DNA from: Candidatus Multivoradales bacterium
GTDB taxonomy: Bacteria; Acidobacteriota; Thermoanaerobaculia; Multivoradales; J023
Direction: 5' to 3'
Assembly: GCA_965248925.1 (NCBI GenBank)
Contig: CBDFLE010000006.1
Span: 4,736,001-4,800,000, forward strand
Length of the DNA: 64,000 nucleotides
Position numbers and translations under genes: made by a program. Each line of letters begins with the position of its first letter. Within the stretch, counting starts at the first letter, position 1. This document shows positions 39,621 through 48,800 of this stretch, in pieces. The notes beneath the pieces are model-generated. The model was given only the letters and a program-made list of their open reading frames with translations. It was not told the DNA's origin and ran no database searches.

Positions 39621-40511
39621 ATGAGCCCGATCGAGCAATTGGCCTTCGACATCCGCCGCACGGTGTTTCGCCATGTGCTCGACAATGGCGGTGGCTACCT
39701 GTCGCAGGCGTGCTCGTCGGCCGAGCTGCTGGCGACTCTGTACGGCGAACTGATGCATCTCGGCCCGTCAGAGGTCGCCGGCTTGCCGCAGCCTTTCGCC
39801 GGGGTTCCTGGGGCCGGCGCCGAGCGGCGCTCGGGGCGGCGCCACAACGGGCCGCTGGCGCCTGACCTCGATCGCCTGGTGTTCTCACCAGCGCATTACG
39901 CGCTAGTGCTCTACGCTACTTTGATCGCCAGCGGTCGGCTGCACCCACGGGCCTTGGAGGCATTCGACCAGGACGGTTCGACGCTGGAGATGATCGGCGC
40001 CGAGCACTCGCCCGGTTTCGAACTCACCACCGGCTCGCTGGCGCAGGCTTTGTCGACCGCTGGCGGCATTGCTCTGGCGCGGCGCCTGCGCGGCGATAGC
40101 GGTCATGTGTGGGTATTCATGAGTGACGGTGAATTCCAAGAAGGCCAGACCTGGGAAGCCATCGCCGCCTTGGCCTTCCACCAGCTCGACAATCTGACCG
40201 TGGTAGTCGACGTCAATGGTCAGCAATGCGATGGACGAATGTCGGCGGTGATGAGCATCGAGCCGCTGGCCCGGCGCATCGAATCTTTCGGCGCCACCGC
40301 CCGCGAGGTCGACGGGCACGACATAGAGCAGCTAATAGCCGCTGCCGGTGATCGCGGCCCTGGCCGACCCACCTTCGTTCTCGGCCGCACCGATCCCGCT
40401 CGCGGCATCGACCTGCTGCGGCAGCGGGCACCTCTGCTGCATTCGTTGACAATCGGCTCAGAGCAAGAGCTGGCTCGGTGGCGGCAGGCCTACCAGGAGC
40501 TCTACGGATGA
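39621..40511 (+). CDS. Split transketolase-like protein, ThDP-binding subunit (non-canonical)
   Basis: DRLVFSPAHY, PGFELTTGSLAQ, SDGEFQEGQTWEA...DNL...DVN, EVDGHD. Confidence 0.9.
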   Translation: MSPIEQLAFDIRRTVFRHVLDNGGGYLSQACSSAELLATLYGELMHLGPSEVAGLPQPFAGVPGAGAERRSGRRHNGPLAPDLDRLVFSPAHYALVLYATLIASGRLHPRALEAFDQDGSTLEMIGAEHSPGFELTTGSLAQALSTAGGIALARRLRGDSGHVWVFMSDGEFQEGQTWEAIAALAFHQLDNLTVVVDVNGQQCDGRMSAVMSIEPLARRIESFGATAREVDGHDIEQLIAAAGDRGPGRPTFVLGRTDPARGIDLLRQRAPLLHSLTIGSEQELARWRQAYQELYG

Positions 40512-41518
40512 GGCCCGAGTTGGTTAGCCGGCCCTATGTCGAGCGCTTTGTCGACTGGGCGGCGGACAAACCCGAGGTGGTGGTGCTGTCGGCCGACTTG
40601 ACCAACTCGTGCGAGATCGGTCGTTGGCGGGACACCTATCCAGAGCGCTTTTTCTCGATGGGCATGGCGGAGCAGAACATGCTGAGCTTTGCCGCCGGCC
40701 TGGCTCGTGAGGGCTTGCGGCCCTTTGTTCACACCTTCGCCGTATTCCTCTACCGGCGGCCTTACGATCAGTTGGCGATGTCGATCGCCTATCCGAACCT
40801 GCCGGTGCGGCTGATGGGTTTCTTACCTGGAATCACTACCCCTGGTGGGGTCACCCATCAGGCGATCGAGGATCTCGCCATTCTGCGGGCGACGCCCAAC
40901 ATGACGATCCTCGAAACCGGCGACGCGACCGAGGTTGAGTCGGTGCTCGATGCCGCTGACGCGGTCGATGGGCCGGTTTACGTGCGCCTGCTGCGGGGTG
41001 AGATCCCACGGCTGTTCCCAGCCGACGAGCCGTTGCGCCTGGGGCAGTCTCGGCAACTCAGCCGCGGCCGTGACCTGGCCCTGATCACCAGTGGCATCGC
41101 CACCGAAGAGGGTATCCGGGCCGGTCGAGTTCTGGCCGAGCATGGTGTCGGGGTGAGCCATCTGCATGTTTCCACCTTGAAGCCTTTCGGCGATCCGGCG
41201 TTGGAGCGGGCGATCGGCGAGGCGAAAAACGGGGTGATTACCCTCGAAAACCATTCGATCATCGGTGGCCTGGGCGCCGCGGTGGCTGAGTACATGGCCG
41301 AGCAGGCGGTCGGCGTGCCGCTGCGCCGCCTCGGGCTGCGCGATCGCTATGCCCACGGCGCTAGCCGTCCCTATTTGATGCGCACCCTGGAACTCGATGC
41401 CCAGGCGGTATTGGCGACGGCGTCGCGGTTGCTCGGTCGCGAAATTTCGGCCGCCGGCCTAGCCGCCGATCCCCCCTTCACCCCGTGCCGCTCGCTGGTC
41501 AACGCCGAGGCCTTGTGA
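40508..41518 (+). CDS. Split transketolase-like protein, pyrimidine-binding/C-terminal subunit
   Basis: LSADL, ERFFSMGMAEQNM, RRPYDQ, THQAIED, GPVYVRL, ENHSIIGGLG; ATGA coupling. Confidence 0.9.
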   Translation: MRPELVSRPYVERFVDWAADKPEVVVLSADLTNSCEIGRWRDTYPERFFSMGMAEQNMLSFAAGLAREGLRPFVHTFAVFLYRRPYDQLAMSIAYPNLPVRLMGFLPGITTPGGVTHQAIEDLAILRATPNMTILETGDATEVESVLDAADAVDGPVYVRLLRGEIPRLFPADEPLRLGQSRQLSRGRDLALITSGIATEEGIRAGRVLAEHGVGVSHLHVSTLKPFGDPALERAIGEAKNGVITLENHSIIGGLGAAVAEYMAEQAVGVPLRRLGLRDRYAHGASRPYLMRTLELDAQAVLATASRLLGREISAAGLAADPPFTPCRSLVNAEAL

Positions 41519-41562
41519 GGTTGCCGGTGAGGTTGCCAGTGAGGTTGCCAGTCTCGTTGCCG
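41515..41562 (+). repeat. 12-bp tandem repeat (4 units, last degenerate) at the RLP start
   Basis: GTGAGGTTGCCG GTGAGGTTGCCA GTGAGGTTGCCA GTCTCGTTGCCG. Confidence 0.9.
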
Positions 41563-42699
41563 CCGACCGTCCTTGAGTTGTCTGGCGAGCGGATTGTGGC
41601 GCTCTATGCCTTGGCCGGAGAAGAGAGCGCGGCACGGCAGCTGGCCGAGCATCTCTGTGTCGAACAGACCATCGAATTTCCCGTCGATCTGCTGCCCGAC
41701 GACGATATTCGCCACCACTTGGTGGCCAAGCTGGAGGATTTTCAGCCCGCCGCCGAAGCCGGTCGCTGGCTAGCGACGGTGAGTTTTGCCGAAGAACTTT
41801 CCGCCTTCGCTGGACCACAGCTGCTCAATCTGCTGTTCGGCAACATCAGCCTGGCGCCTGGGGTCAAACTGCTCGACTTTCAACTTTCGGCTCGGATTGT
41901 GGCCGGCTTCAGCGGGCCGCGTTTTGGCGTTGCCGGCCTGCGCCGCTTGCTCGGTGCGCCGCGGCGGCCCTTGCTGGCCACCGCCCTCAAGCCGCTGGGT
42001 TTGGCGATTGAGGAGCTGGCGGCGATGGCGGCCGACTTTGTCGAGGGTGGGATTGACTTGATCAAGGACGACCATGGCTTGGCCGATCAGCCCTTTGCCA
42101 GCTTTGCCGAGAGGGTGCGGCGAATCAGCACGGCGGTCGACCGCGCCAACCAGCGGCATGGCCGCCGCAGTCTCTATCTGCCATCGCTCAATGTCGCCGC
42201 AGAGCAGCTGTTACCGGCTGCTGAGCTGGTGGCGGCCAGCGGTGCTAGAGGAGCGATGGTGTTGCCCGGTTTACACGGTTTCGACGCCTTGCGAGCCTTA
42301 GCCGCGAACGACGATCTGGGGTTAGTGTTGATGGCCCACCCGGCGTTCCTGGGCGGCTGGGTGAGTTCACCCGCGAGCGGTCTCGATCACTCGCTGGTGT
42401 TCGGCCGCCTGCCCAGGTTGTTCGGTGCCGATATTTCGGTGTTCCCCAACTTTGGCGGCCGTTTCTCCTTCACTAGCGAGCAGTGTGCGGGCATCAGTGC
42501 GGGTCTAGGCTCACCTTGGTCGGGGATTGCCAGCGCATTGCCGGCCCCCGCTGGTGGCATGAGCCTCGAACGGGTTGGCGAGATGATCGACTTTTATGGC
42601 CGCGACGTCGGGCTGTTGATCGGCGGCGACCTGCACCGTGGCCCGAGTCGAGTCGAGCGCGCCGCCCGCCTGCGGGAGCTGGCCGCAGCAGCTGTCTAG
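41515..42699 (+). CDS. RuBisCO-like protein (form IV, KDDH type)
   Basis: VEQT, LFGNIS, GPRFGVAGLR, ATALKPLGL, GGIDLIKDDHGLADQ, MAHPA, PAPAGGM, LLIGG; GTGA coupling. Confidence 0.92.
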   Translation: MRLPVRLPVRLPVSLPPTVLELSGERIVALYALAGEESAARQLAEHLCVEQTIEFPVDLLPDDDIRHHLVAKLEDFQPAAEAGRWLATVSFAEELSAFAGPQLLNLLFGNISLAPGVKLLDFQLSARIVAGFSGPRFGVAGLRRLLGAPRRPLLATALKPLGLAIEELAAMAADFVEGGIDLIKDDHGLADQPFASFAERVRRISTAVDRANQRHGRRSLYLPSLNVAAEQLLPAAELVAASGARGAMVLPGLHGFDALRALAANDDLGLVLMAHPAFLGGWVSSPASGLDHSLVFGRLPRLFGADISVFPNFGGRFSFTSEQCAGISAGLGSPWSGIASALPAPAGGMSLERVGEMIDFYGRDVGLLIGGDLHRGPSRVERAARLRELAAAAV

Positions 42700-42839
42700 G
42701 CGCCACCACTCACGTCGACCGGAGAAGGCATTGATGAGGTCTGCGGGGAGAGGGTCGAAGAATGGCTCGGAAACGTCGATCCAACCTTTCGCCAATCCGG
42801 CGAGGGCGCGCATTAGCCGGGGCTGCTTGCCGGCTTTTC

Positions 42840-43400
42840 TCAGGCAGATTCGTAGGCCTCTCGCAGCCAGCCCAAAAGTTCGTCGTCGACCTGGTCGACG
42901 GAACTCAGCCGCACTCGGTGGCTGACCATGGCGTTGAAGCTGCCGGCAGCCTCGAGGCGCTCGCCAGCGGGCTTGCCTTTGAGCTGGATGCCGACGTCGA
43001 CACGGGTGCGGGTCGACGGTTGGATGAGACCGAACTGCTTGCTGCGCCGCAGGCTGACGTAGGTTTTCTTGGGTGAGAATTCGACCTCGGTGCCGAATGC
43101 CGCCACCCCTTTGGTCAAGCGGTCGTAGATCGGCTTGAGGTCGGACTTGGCGCCGGCATATTGGTTGGCGAGCAGGTCGTCTTGGCTGGCGGGTTGCTCA
43201 CCAGCCAGCGTGTAATGGGCAATCAGATTGGCGAAGCCGTGGCTGACGCCGTGCTCCTTTTTCAGCAGCTTGAGAACCTGACCGTGCTTGCCGAGCCCGC
43301 TGGCACGAGTGATCTTTAGCCAGGCATCCATGTCCTTACCGGTCTTCTCTGGCAGGTTGGCGACCATCGAGGCGGCCATCTCTTCGGGGGATTTGGGCAT
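42840..43400 (-). CDS. DUF4287/DUF5655 domain protein
   Basis: NLPEKTGK...LKKEHGVSHGFAN; PKKTYVSLRRSKQFG...VDDELLGWLREAY; RBS AAGGAG. Confidence 0.85.
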   Translation of the reverse strand: MPKSPEEMAASMVANLPEKTGKDMDAWLKITRASGLGKHGQVLKLLKKEHGVSHGFANLIAHYTLAGEQPASQDDLLANQYAGAKSDLKPIYDRLTKGVAAFGTEVEFSPKKTYVSLRRSKQFGLIQPSTRTRVDVGIQLKGKPAGERLEAAGSFNAMVSHRVRLSSVDQVDDELLGWLREAYESA

Positions 43401-43588
43401 CGTACACGCCGCTCCTTCGTAACGCTGTTCGTAAGGCAGAACGTATTATCGTCTGATTATCGTCTGACGGGCAGCATAGCAAGTGACGGGCTCGGTTCGA
43501 TCGCCGGGAGACTGGCGAAGACAGTCGCGGCCGGTTCAGGGTATGCTGTCGGAATCAAAAAGGTGCGGTTCGGGGCGTTGGGGACACC

Positions 43589-44524
43589 ATGAACTCTGCG
43601 AACAAAAAGATGCGGGCGAGCTACCGGCCGATGCTGGCTAGCTTGCTTTTGGGCTGGCTGGTCGGCTGCGGCATGCCGTTGGCCGAGAATTCCAATGCCG
43701 GCTCCGGCAGCAGGGGAGCGGATATCGATACGGTACCGTCGGGGGATGGAGTGCCGATCGCCTATCGGCTCGTTGGCCGTGGCGAGCCGGCGGTGATTTT
43801 GGTGCACGGCTGGGCCTGCGACCAAAGTTTTTGGTCCGCGCAGGTGGCCCCCCTCGCCATGGATCATGCGGTGGTCACTCTGGATTTGGCGGGCCATGGC
43901 GAGTCTGGTGCCGGCCGGCAGCGTTGGAGCGTGAATTCGATGGGCGAGGATATTCGCGCGGTGGTTGAACACCTCGGCTTGCGGCGAGTGGTCTTGGTGG
44001 GGCATTCGATGGGTGGACCGGCGGTGCTCGAGGCGGCTCGCCTACTGCCGGATCGGACCCTCGGAGTGATCGGCGTCGACACTTTCCGCGACGCAGAGAG
44101 CCACGCCGACAGTGAGCAATGGCAGACTCTGATCGAGTCTTTTCGCCAGGACTTTGAGGTTACCTGTGGCCAATTTGTCGACGCGCTGTTTCGCCAGGAT
44201 GCCGAACCAGCCCTGGTGGCGAGTGTTGAGAAACGGATGTGTGATGTGGATCCGGACGTCGGTCTAGCCTTGTTGCAAGCGCTGAGTCACTACCGCCTCG
44301 ACGCCGCGATGGGCTTTGTGGCGGCACCGATTCGAGCGATCAACTCAGACCTTTTTCCCACCCAAACAGAGATCAACCGCCGCTATGCGCCGGAGTTTGA
44401 AGTTGAGGTAATGCACGGCATCGGTCATTTTCCGATGCTCGAGCGGCCACGGGACTTCGGCGAGCTGCTGCTCCATGCGGTCGAAGACTTGGCGGCCCGC
44501 TGGGTGGACCTTGGCGCCGGGTAA
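43589..44524 (+). CDS. Alpha/beta hydrolase, probable lipoprotein
   Basis: LVGC lipobox, VHGW, DLAGHGES, GHSMGG, GHFPMLE. Confidence 0.9.
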   Translation: MNSANKKMRASYRPMLASLLLGWLVGCGMPLAENSNAGSGSRGADIDTVPSGDGVPIAYRLVGRGEPAVILVHGWACDQSFWSAQVAPLAMDHAVVTLDLAGHGESGAGRQRWSVNSMGEDIRAVVEHLGLRRVVLVGHSMGGPAVLEAARLLPDRTLGVIGVDTFRDAESHADSEQWQTLIESFRQDFEVTCGQFVDALFRQDAEPALVASVEKRMCDVDPDVGLALLQALSHYRLDAAMGFVAAPIRAINSDLFPTQTEINRRYAPEFEVEVMHGIGHFPMLERPRDFGELLLHAVEDLAARWVDLGAG

Positions 44525-44594
44525 AATGTTGGTTCTAGTATGATCTGGGGTCAGGGGACCCGAGGCGTAAGGGAATGCCAGCGAGCGAACAACT

Positions 44595-45836
44595 ATGAGC
44601 GAACAAGGGGTGATGAACCGATCTTCGCGAGTCCAAGCGCGGCGAATCAAAGTGGATTGTGAAATCGCAATCCGGCCGCCGGACGCGGTCGAACCGGTGC
44701 GGGTCTTGCGGCTTTACAACATGTCGATGACCGGCATGTTCATCTGTGCTGAGTCATTGCTCAGTCCCGGCACTCTGTTCTCTTTCGAGATCATGCCGCC
44801 AGCGGACGGCAAGCCTATTCATGGCAAGGCACAGGTGGTTTGGACTCGCCAGGCCAGCGGAGGGCCGAAACATCAAGCAGGCATGGGGGCTCACTTTCAT
44901 GCCCTGGACGACGTGAATATGAACCTGCTGCGGCGGCTGGTCGAGTCCAACCAGGCCGACAGCGCGAGCCGGCTGTCACCTGCAGATCAGCTGCGGCGTG
45001 TGGTGGAAGATGCCCTAACGGATACCCCCGAAGGGGGAGTCGCAGCGGTTCCAGAGACAGCATCCCAGCGGCCTGCGCCTCGGGTTCCGGTGGTGCGTCA
45101 GGCACGCCCTCTCTATGGCACTAGCGTGGCTAGAAGCGCCAAGGAACGATCCTTGGGTTGGTGGCCGCTGCTAATCGTCCTGCTCCTTGGGCTGGGTGCG
45201 ACGAGTTTCTGGCTGATGCATCGGAGAGATCCCGCGCCGCCGCCATCGACGGCCAGCAAGCCGGCCGAACCGCTGCCGCCGGTCGCCGAAGCCGCTGCCT
45301 CACCTACTGAGTCGGCGGCGACCGCGGCAGTGACCGTGGTAGAGAACGCGCCACTTGCCGAGCCCCTGGTGGCCGCGCCGGCGGCACCGGCAGCAGCTGT
45401 GGACCAAGCTGTTACAACGCCGCCGGTGGTCGATCCTGTGGTGGCTGATTCGGCGCCGCCGCCAGTGGTGGATCAGCCGCCGTTAGCGCCCCTCAAGGAT
45501 GCCCGCCGCGCCATTGAGGCCTGGGCCGCGGCTTGGTCGGAACAGCGGGTCGATGGCTACTTGGCGGCCTATGCCAGTGGTTTTGTGCCGCCGGGAGGCA
45601 GGAACCGCGCACAATGGCGCAGCTATCGCCGCGATCGACTGAGCGCTCCTTCGTTCATCTCGGTGCGTCTGTCACAGCTCGACATCACTCGCCAGGGGGA
45701 TGAGCGGGCGCGGGGGACGTTCCTGCAAGACTACCGCTCGAGCACCATCTCGGATGTGGTGGAGAAGACTTTGGAGTTGGTCTGGGAAGAGGGTGGCTGG
45801 CGGATTCTCAGTGAGACTTCCAAGCCGGTCTCCTGA
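44595..45836 (+). CDS. PilZ-TM-Pro/Ala linker-NTF2-like (Csd6/Cds6 C-terminal-like) protein
   Basis: RVQAR and NMSMTGMFI PilZ motifs; one TM; WAAAWSEQRVDGYLAAY...FLQDYRS...KTLELVWEEGGWRILSE. Confidence 0.75.
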   Translation: MSEQGVMNRSSRVQARRIKVDCEIAIRPPDAVEPVRVLRLYNMSMTGMFICAESLLSPGTLFSFEIMPPADGKPIHGKAQVVWTRQASGGPKHQAGMGAHFHALDDVNMNLLRRLVESNQADSASRLSPADQLRRVVEDALTDTPEGGVAAVPETASQRPAPRVPVVRQARPLYGTSVARSAKERSLGWWPLLIVLLLGLGATSFWLMHRRDPAPPPSTASKPAEPLPPVAEAAASPTESAATAAVTVVENAPLAEPLVAAPAAPAAAVDQAVTTPPVVDPVVADSAPPPVVDQPPLAPLKDARRAIEAWAAAWSEQRVDGYLAAYASGFVPPGGRNRAQWRSYRRDRLSAPSFISVRLSQLDITRQGDERARGTFLQDYRSSTISDVVEKTLELVWEEGGWRILSETSKPVS

Positions 45837-45860
45837 TCGCCTAGTAGGACTCGGCCTGCT

Positions 45861-48800
45861 TCAGGCGGTGGCGGCGGTTGCTTCGGGGTGCAGGTCTTCG
45901 ACCTCCACCGCCACCAGCTTGGAAACCCCGCGCTCTTCCATGGTGACGCCGTAGAGGGTGCCGGCAACCTCCATGCTCAACTTGTTGTGGGTGACGACCA
46001 GGAATTGAGTGTCCTGGGCCATCTCCCGCAGGCAGTCGACGAAGCGCAGGACATTAGCGTCGTCGAGGGGAGCGTCGACCTCGTCGAGAATGCAGAAAGG
46101 CGATGGCTTGGTCTTGAACAAGGCAAAGAGCAGGGCGATGGCGGTCAGAGCCTTCTCGCCGCCCGAGAGCAGCATGATGCTCTGCGGCCGCTTGCCGGGC
46201 GGGCGGGCGACGATCTCGATGCCGGTGTCGAGGGGGTCTTCCGGATCGAGCAGGCCCATCGACGCCTCGCCACCGCGGAAAAGGCGGGTGAACATTTCGC
46301 TGAAAGTGCTGTTGACCGCCTCGAAAGTCTCCAGGAAGCGCTCTGAGGAAACCTCGTTGATCTCGCGGATAGTGTTGCGCAAGCTCTCCATCGAGGAAGC
46401 TATATCGCCGCGCTGGGTAGTCAGGAAGCCGTGCCGCTCGTCTTGCTCGTCGTATTCCTCGGCAGCCAGTACATTGACCGGGCCGAGCCGTTCGAGAATC
46501 CGCTTGCAATCGGCCAATTCCGCTTCGAGCTGGGCCAAGCGCTCCCGGTCTACGGCTTCGGGTAGGTCATCCTCTTCGACCATGACCGCCGCTGCCGCCG
46601 CGGTTTCGCCCTCCTCCAGTTGTTCTGGTTCGCCGTCGTCGGTCGAGGCTTCCACGGCCGGGTCGCCTGCCTCGGTGACTTCGCCAGCGAGGAGGGTTGC
46701 GGGATCTAGTTCAGCCGCGGTGTCGTTGGCTGCCGGGTCGTCGGTCTCATCCCCAGCTGCCAGTCCCAGCTGCTCTTGCGGCCGCGGCAGGGTGCCGGGC
46801 AAGTATCTATCGAACGCCTCGAAGTAGGCCCGAGCTTGGTGTTCTGAATCTTGGCGCAGGCCGGCGCGTTCGATGCGCAGTTCTTCGATGCGACCGCGGT
46901 AATCCTCGCGCGCTCGGCGATGGGTTTCCACCCGATCTTCGAGGGTGCGTACCTGCTGCCGGCGTTGATCGAGGGCGGTCTGGGCGATGAGCACTGCTTC
47001 TTGCGCTCCAGCTCTTTGCTCGAGGGCGATCTGGAGGGTTTCCTCGGCCTTCTCCATATTCAGCTCCAGCTCCCGCAAGCGGGTCGCCAAGGCGTCTTCT
47101 TCTTCGCTCCACAGTTGGATCTGGCGATGGCTTTCGGCCAGTTGGCGGCGCATCCGCGCGCCTTGTCGCTGCTGCGATTGGAGGCGCTCTTCGAGCAATT
47201 CCAGTTTGCCGCGCCGGCCGGCTCCGGCGGTGCGTACCGCTTCGCGTTGCTGACGCGCGGCATCCACCGCGGCCACCGCCTCGGCGATTTCCTCAACAGC
47301 CTGCCGCAGGCCCTTCTCGGCCTCGGCCAAGCGCTCGGCGAGTTCTTGCTTTTGCTTGGTGGCGGTGCCGATCTGGCGATCGATCTCCTGCTGTTCCTCG
47401 GCGATGGTGGCGATCGAAGCGGCGAACTTGTCGCGCCGGCCGAGCGAGTCCTGACGTCGGGCCTGGTCCACCGCAATCTCGCGTTCGAGCCTGGCCAGAC
47501 GCTCATCGAGGCGCCGGATCTCCCCTGCCAGAGCGGTGCGCTGGTCGACTAACTGGCGTAGTTGCAGCGTTTTTTCCTCAAGCCGCAGCTCGTTCTGGGG
47601 AATGCACTCTGCCAGTGTTTCGAGCTCGCTCTCGCGGGCCAGGATTCCTGGGGCCGCCTGCTCGCGTTGCACCCGCAAAGTGCCGGCCAACGCCCAATGC
47701 CGCTGGCGACTGATAAAGGCGACGCCGGGGTGCTGGCTGGCCAGCCGGGCGGCGTCGTCAACCGAGTTCACCAAGAAGGCTGGCGGCAGTGCCCGACCAA
47801 GCTCCTCTGACAGCCCCAAAGCGCTGGCCAGAGGCTGGCTGATCGCCGGGTCGTCGATCTTCGTTTGAGCGTCGTTGGTGCCAGGGGAGGTGCTGCCAAA
47901 AGAGGTGCCGGAAGCGGAGCCAGCCATTTGTGGCAGCAAGAAGATGCCGGATGCGTTGGCGTTGGCCAGCCGGTCGGCGAGCGCCAAGCCGTCGTCGCCG
48001 GGGGTCAGCACGACGGCGTCTGCGAGTTGGCCGAGGAAGTGGTCGATGCCATGCTCCCAGCCTTCTACCGGCCGTACCAGGTCGGCCAAGAAACGGGGCT
48101 GGTCGAGGCCGATGCCGCTCAAGATCTCGATTAGCGAGCGACGGCGCTCAGCGTGCTCGGCGCTGAGTTCGGCGAGGATCTGCTGTCGTTGGCGGTCGCC
48201 GGCCAGCTTCGACTCCAACTGCCGACGCTCGTCGCCCAGCTTCGCTTCCGCGGCCAAGGCGCGGTCGAGATCGGCGCCCATCTGCTGGCGTTGCTGCTGG
48301 CCTTCTTGCTGCTGACCGCGGGCTGCTGTGACCCGGGTTTCGATCTCTGCCAGCCGTTGGCTCGCTTCTGCGAGCTGCTGGCCGATGTTGCCACGTTCTT
48401 CTTCCAGGAAGCGACGGCGGAAAGTACGGCGCTCGATCTCGATTTGCTCGCGCTGCATGGCGGCGCGCAGCTGCTCGACCTCGGCCGCGGTTCTCTGCTG
48501 CCGCTGTCGCTGCTCGACCAACCCGCCCTCGCTCTCGACCAGCGCTTGATCGGCGGCGGCGATCAGCCGATCGTCCTCGGCGACCTGCTCGGCGGCGGCG
48601 TCACGCTCGCTGACCAGCTCTTGAGAACGTTGATCGAGTTCGCCGAGAGAATTCTGGTCGGCTGCGCTCGAGCGGTTTCTCTCGGCGGCGTGCTGTTGGC
48701 CACGGCTGTGGCGCTCGACGATCTCTTGGCGGGTCTGGCGAGCGCCCTTCAAGTACTCCTGGCGACCTTCGATAGTCGCTGCCAGGTCGGCGTGGCGTTG

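Noticed and set aside
41515-42699. True RuBisCO / carbon fixation
   Set aside because: KDDH instead of KDDE, other catalytic residues missing, under 400 aa, and no prk or cbbS in the window.
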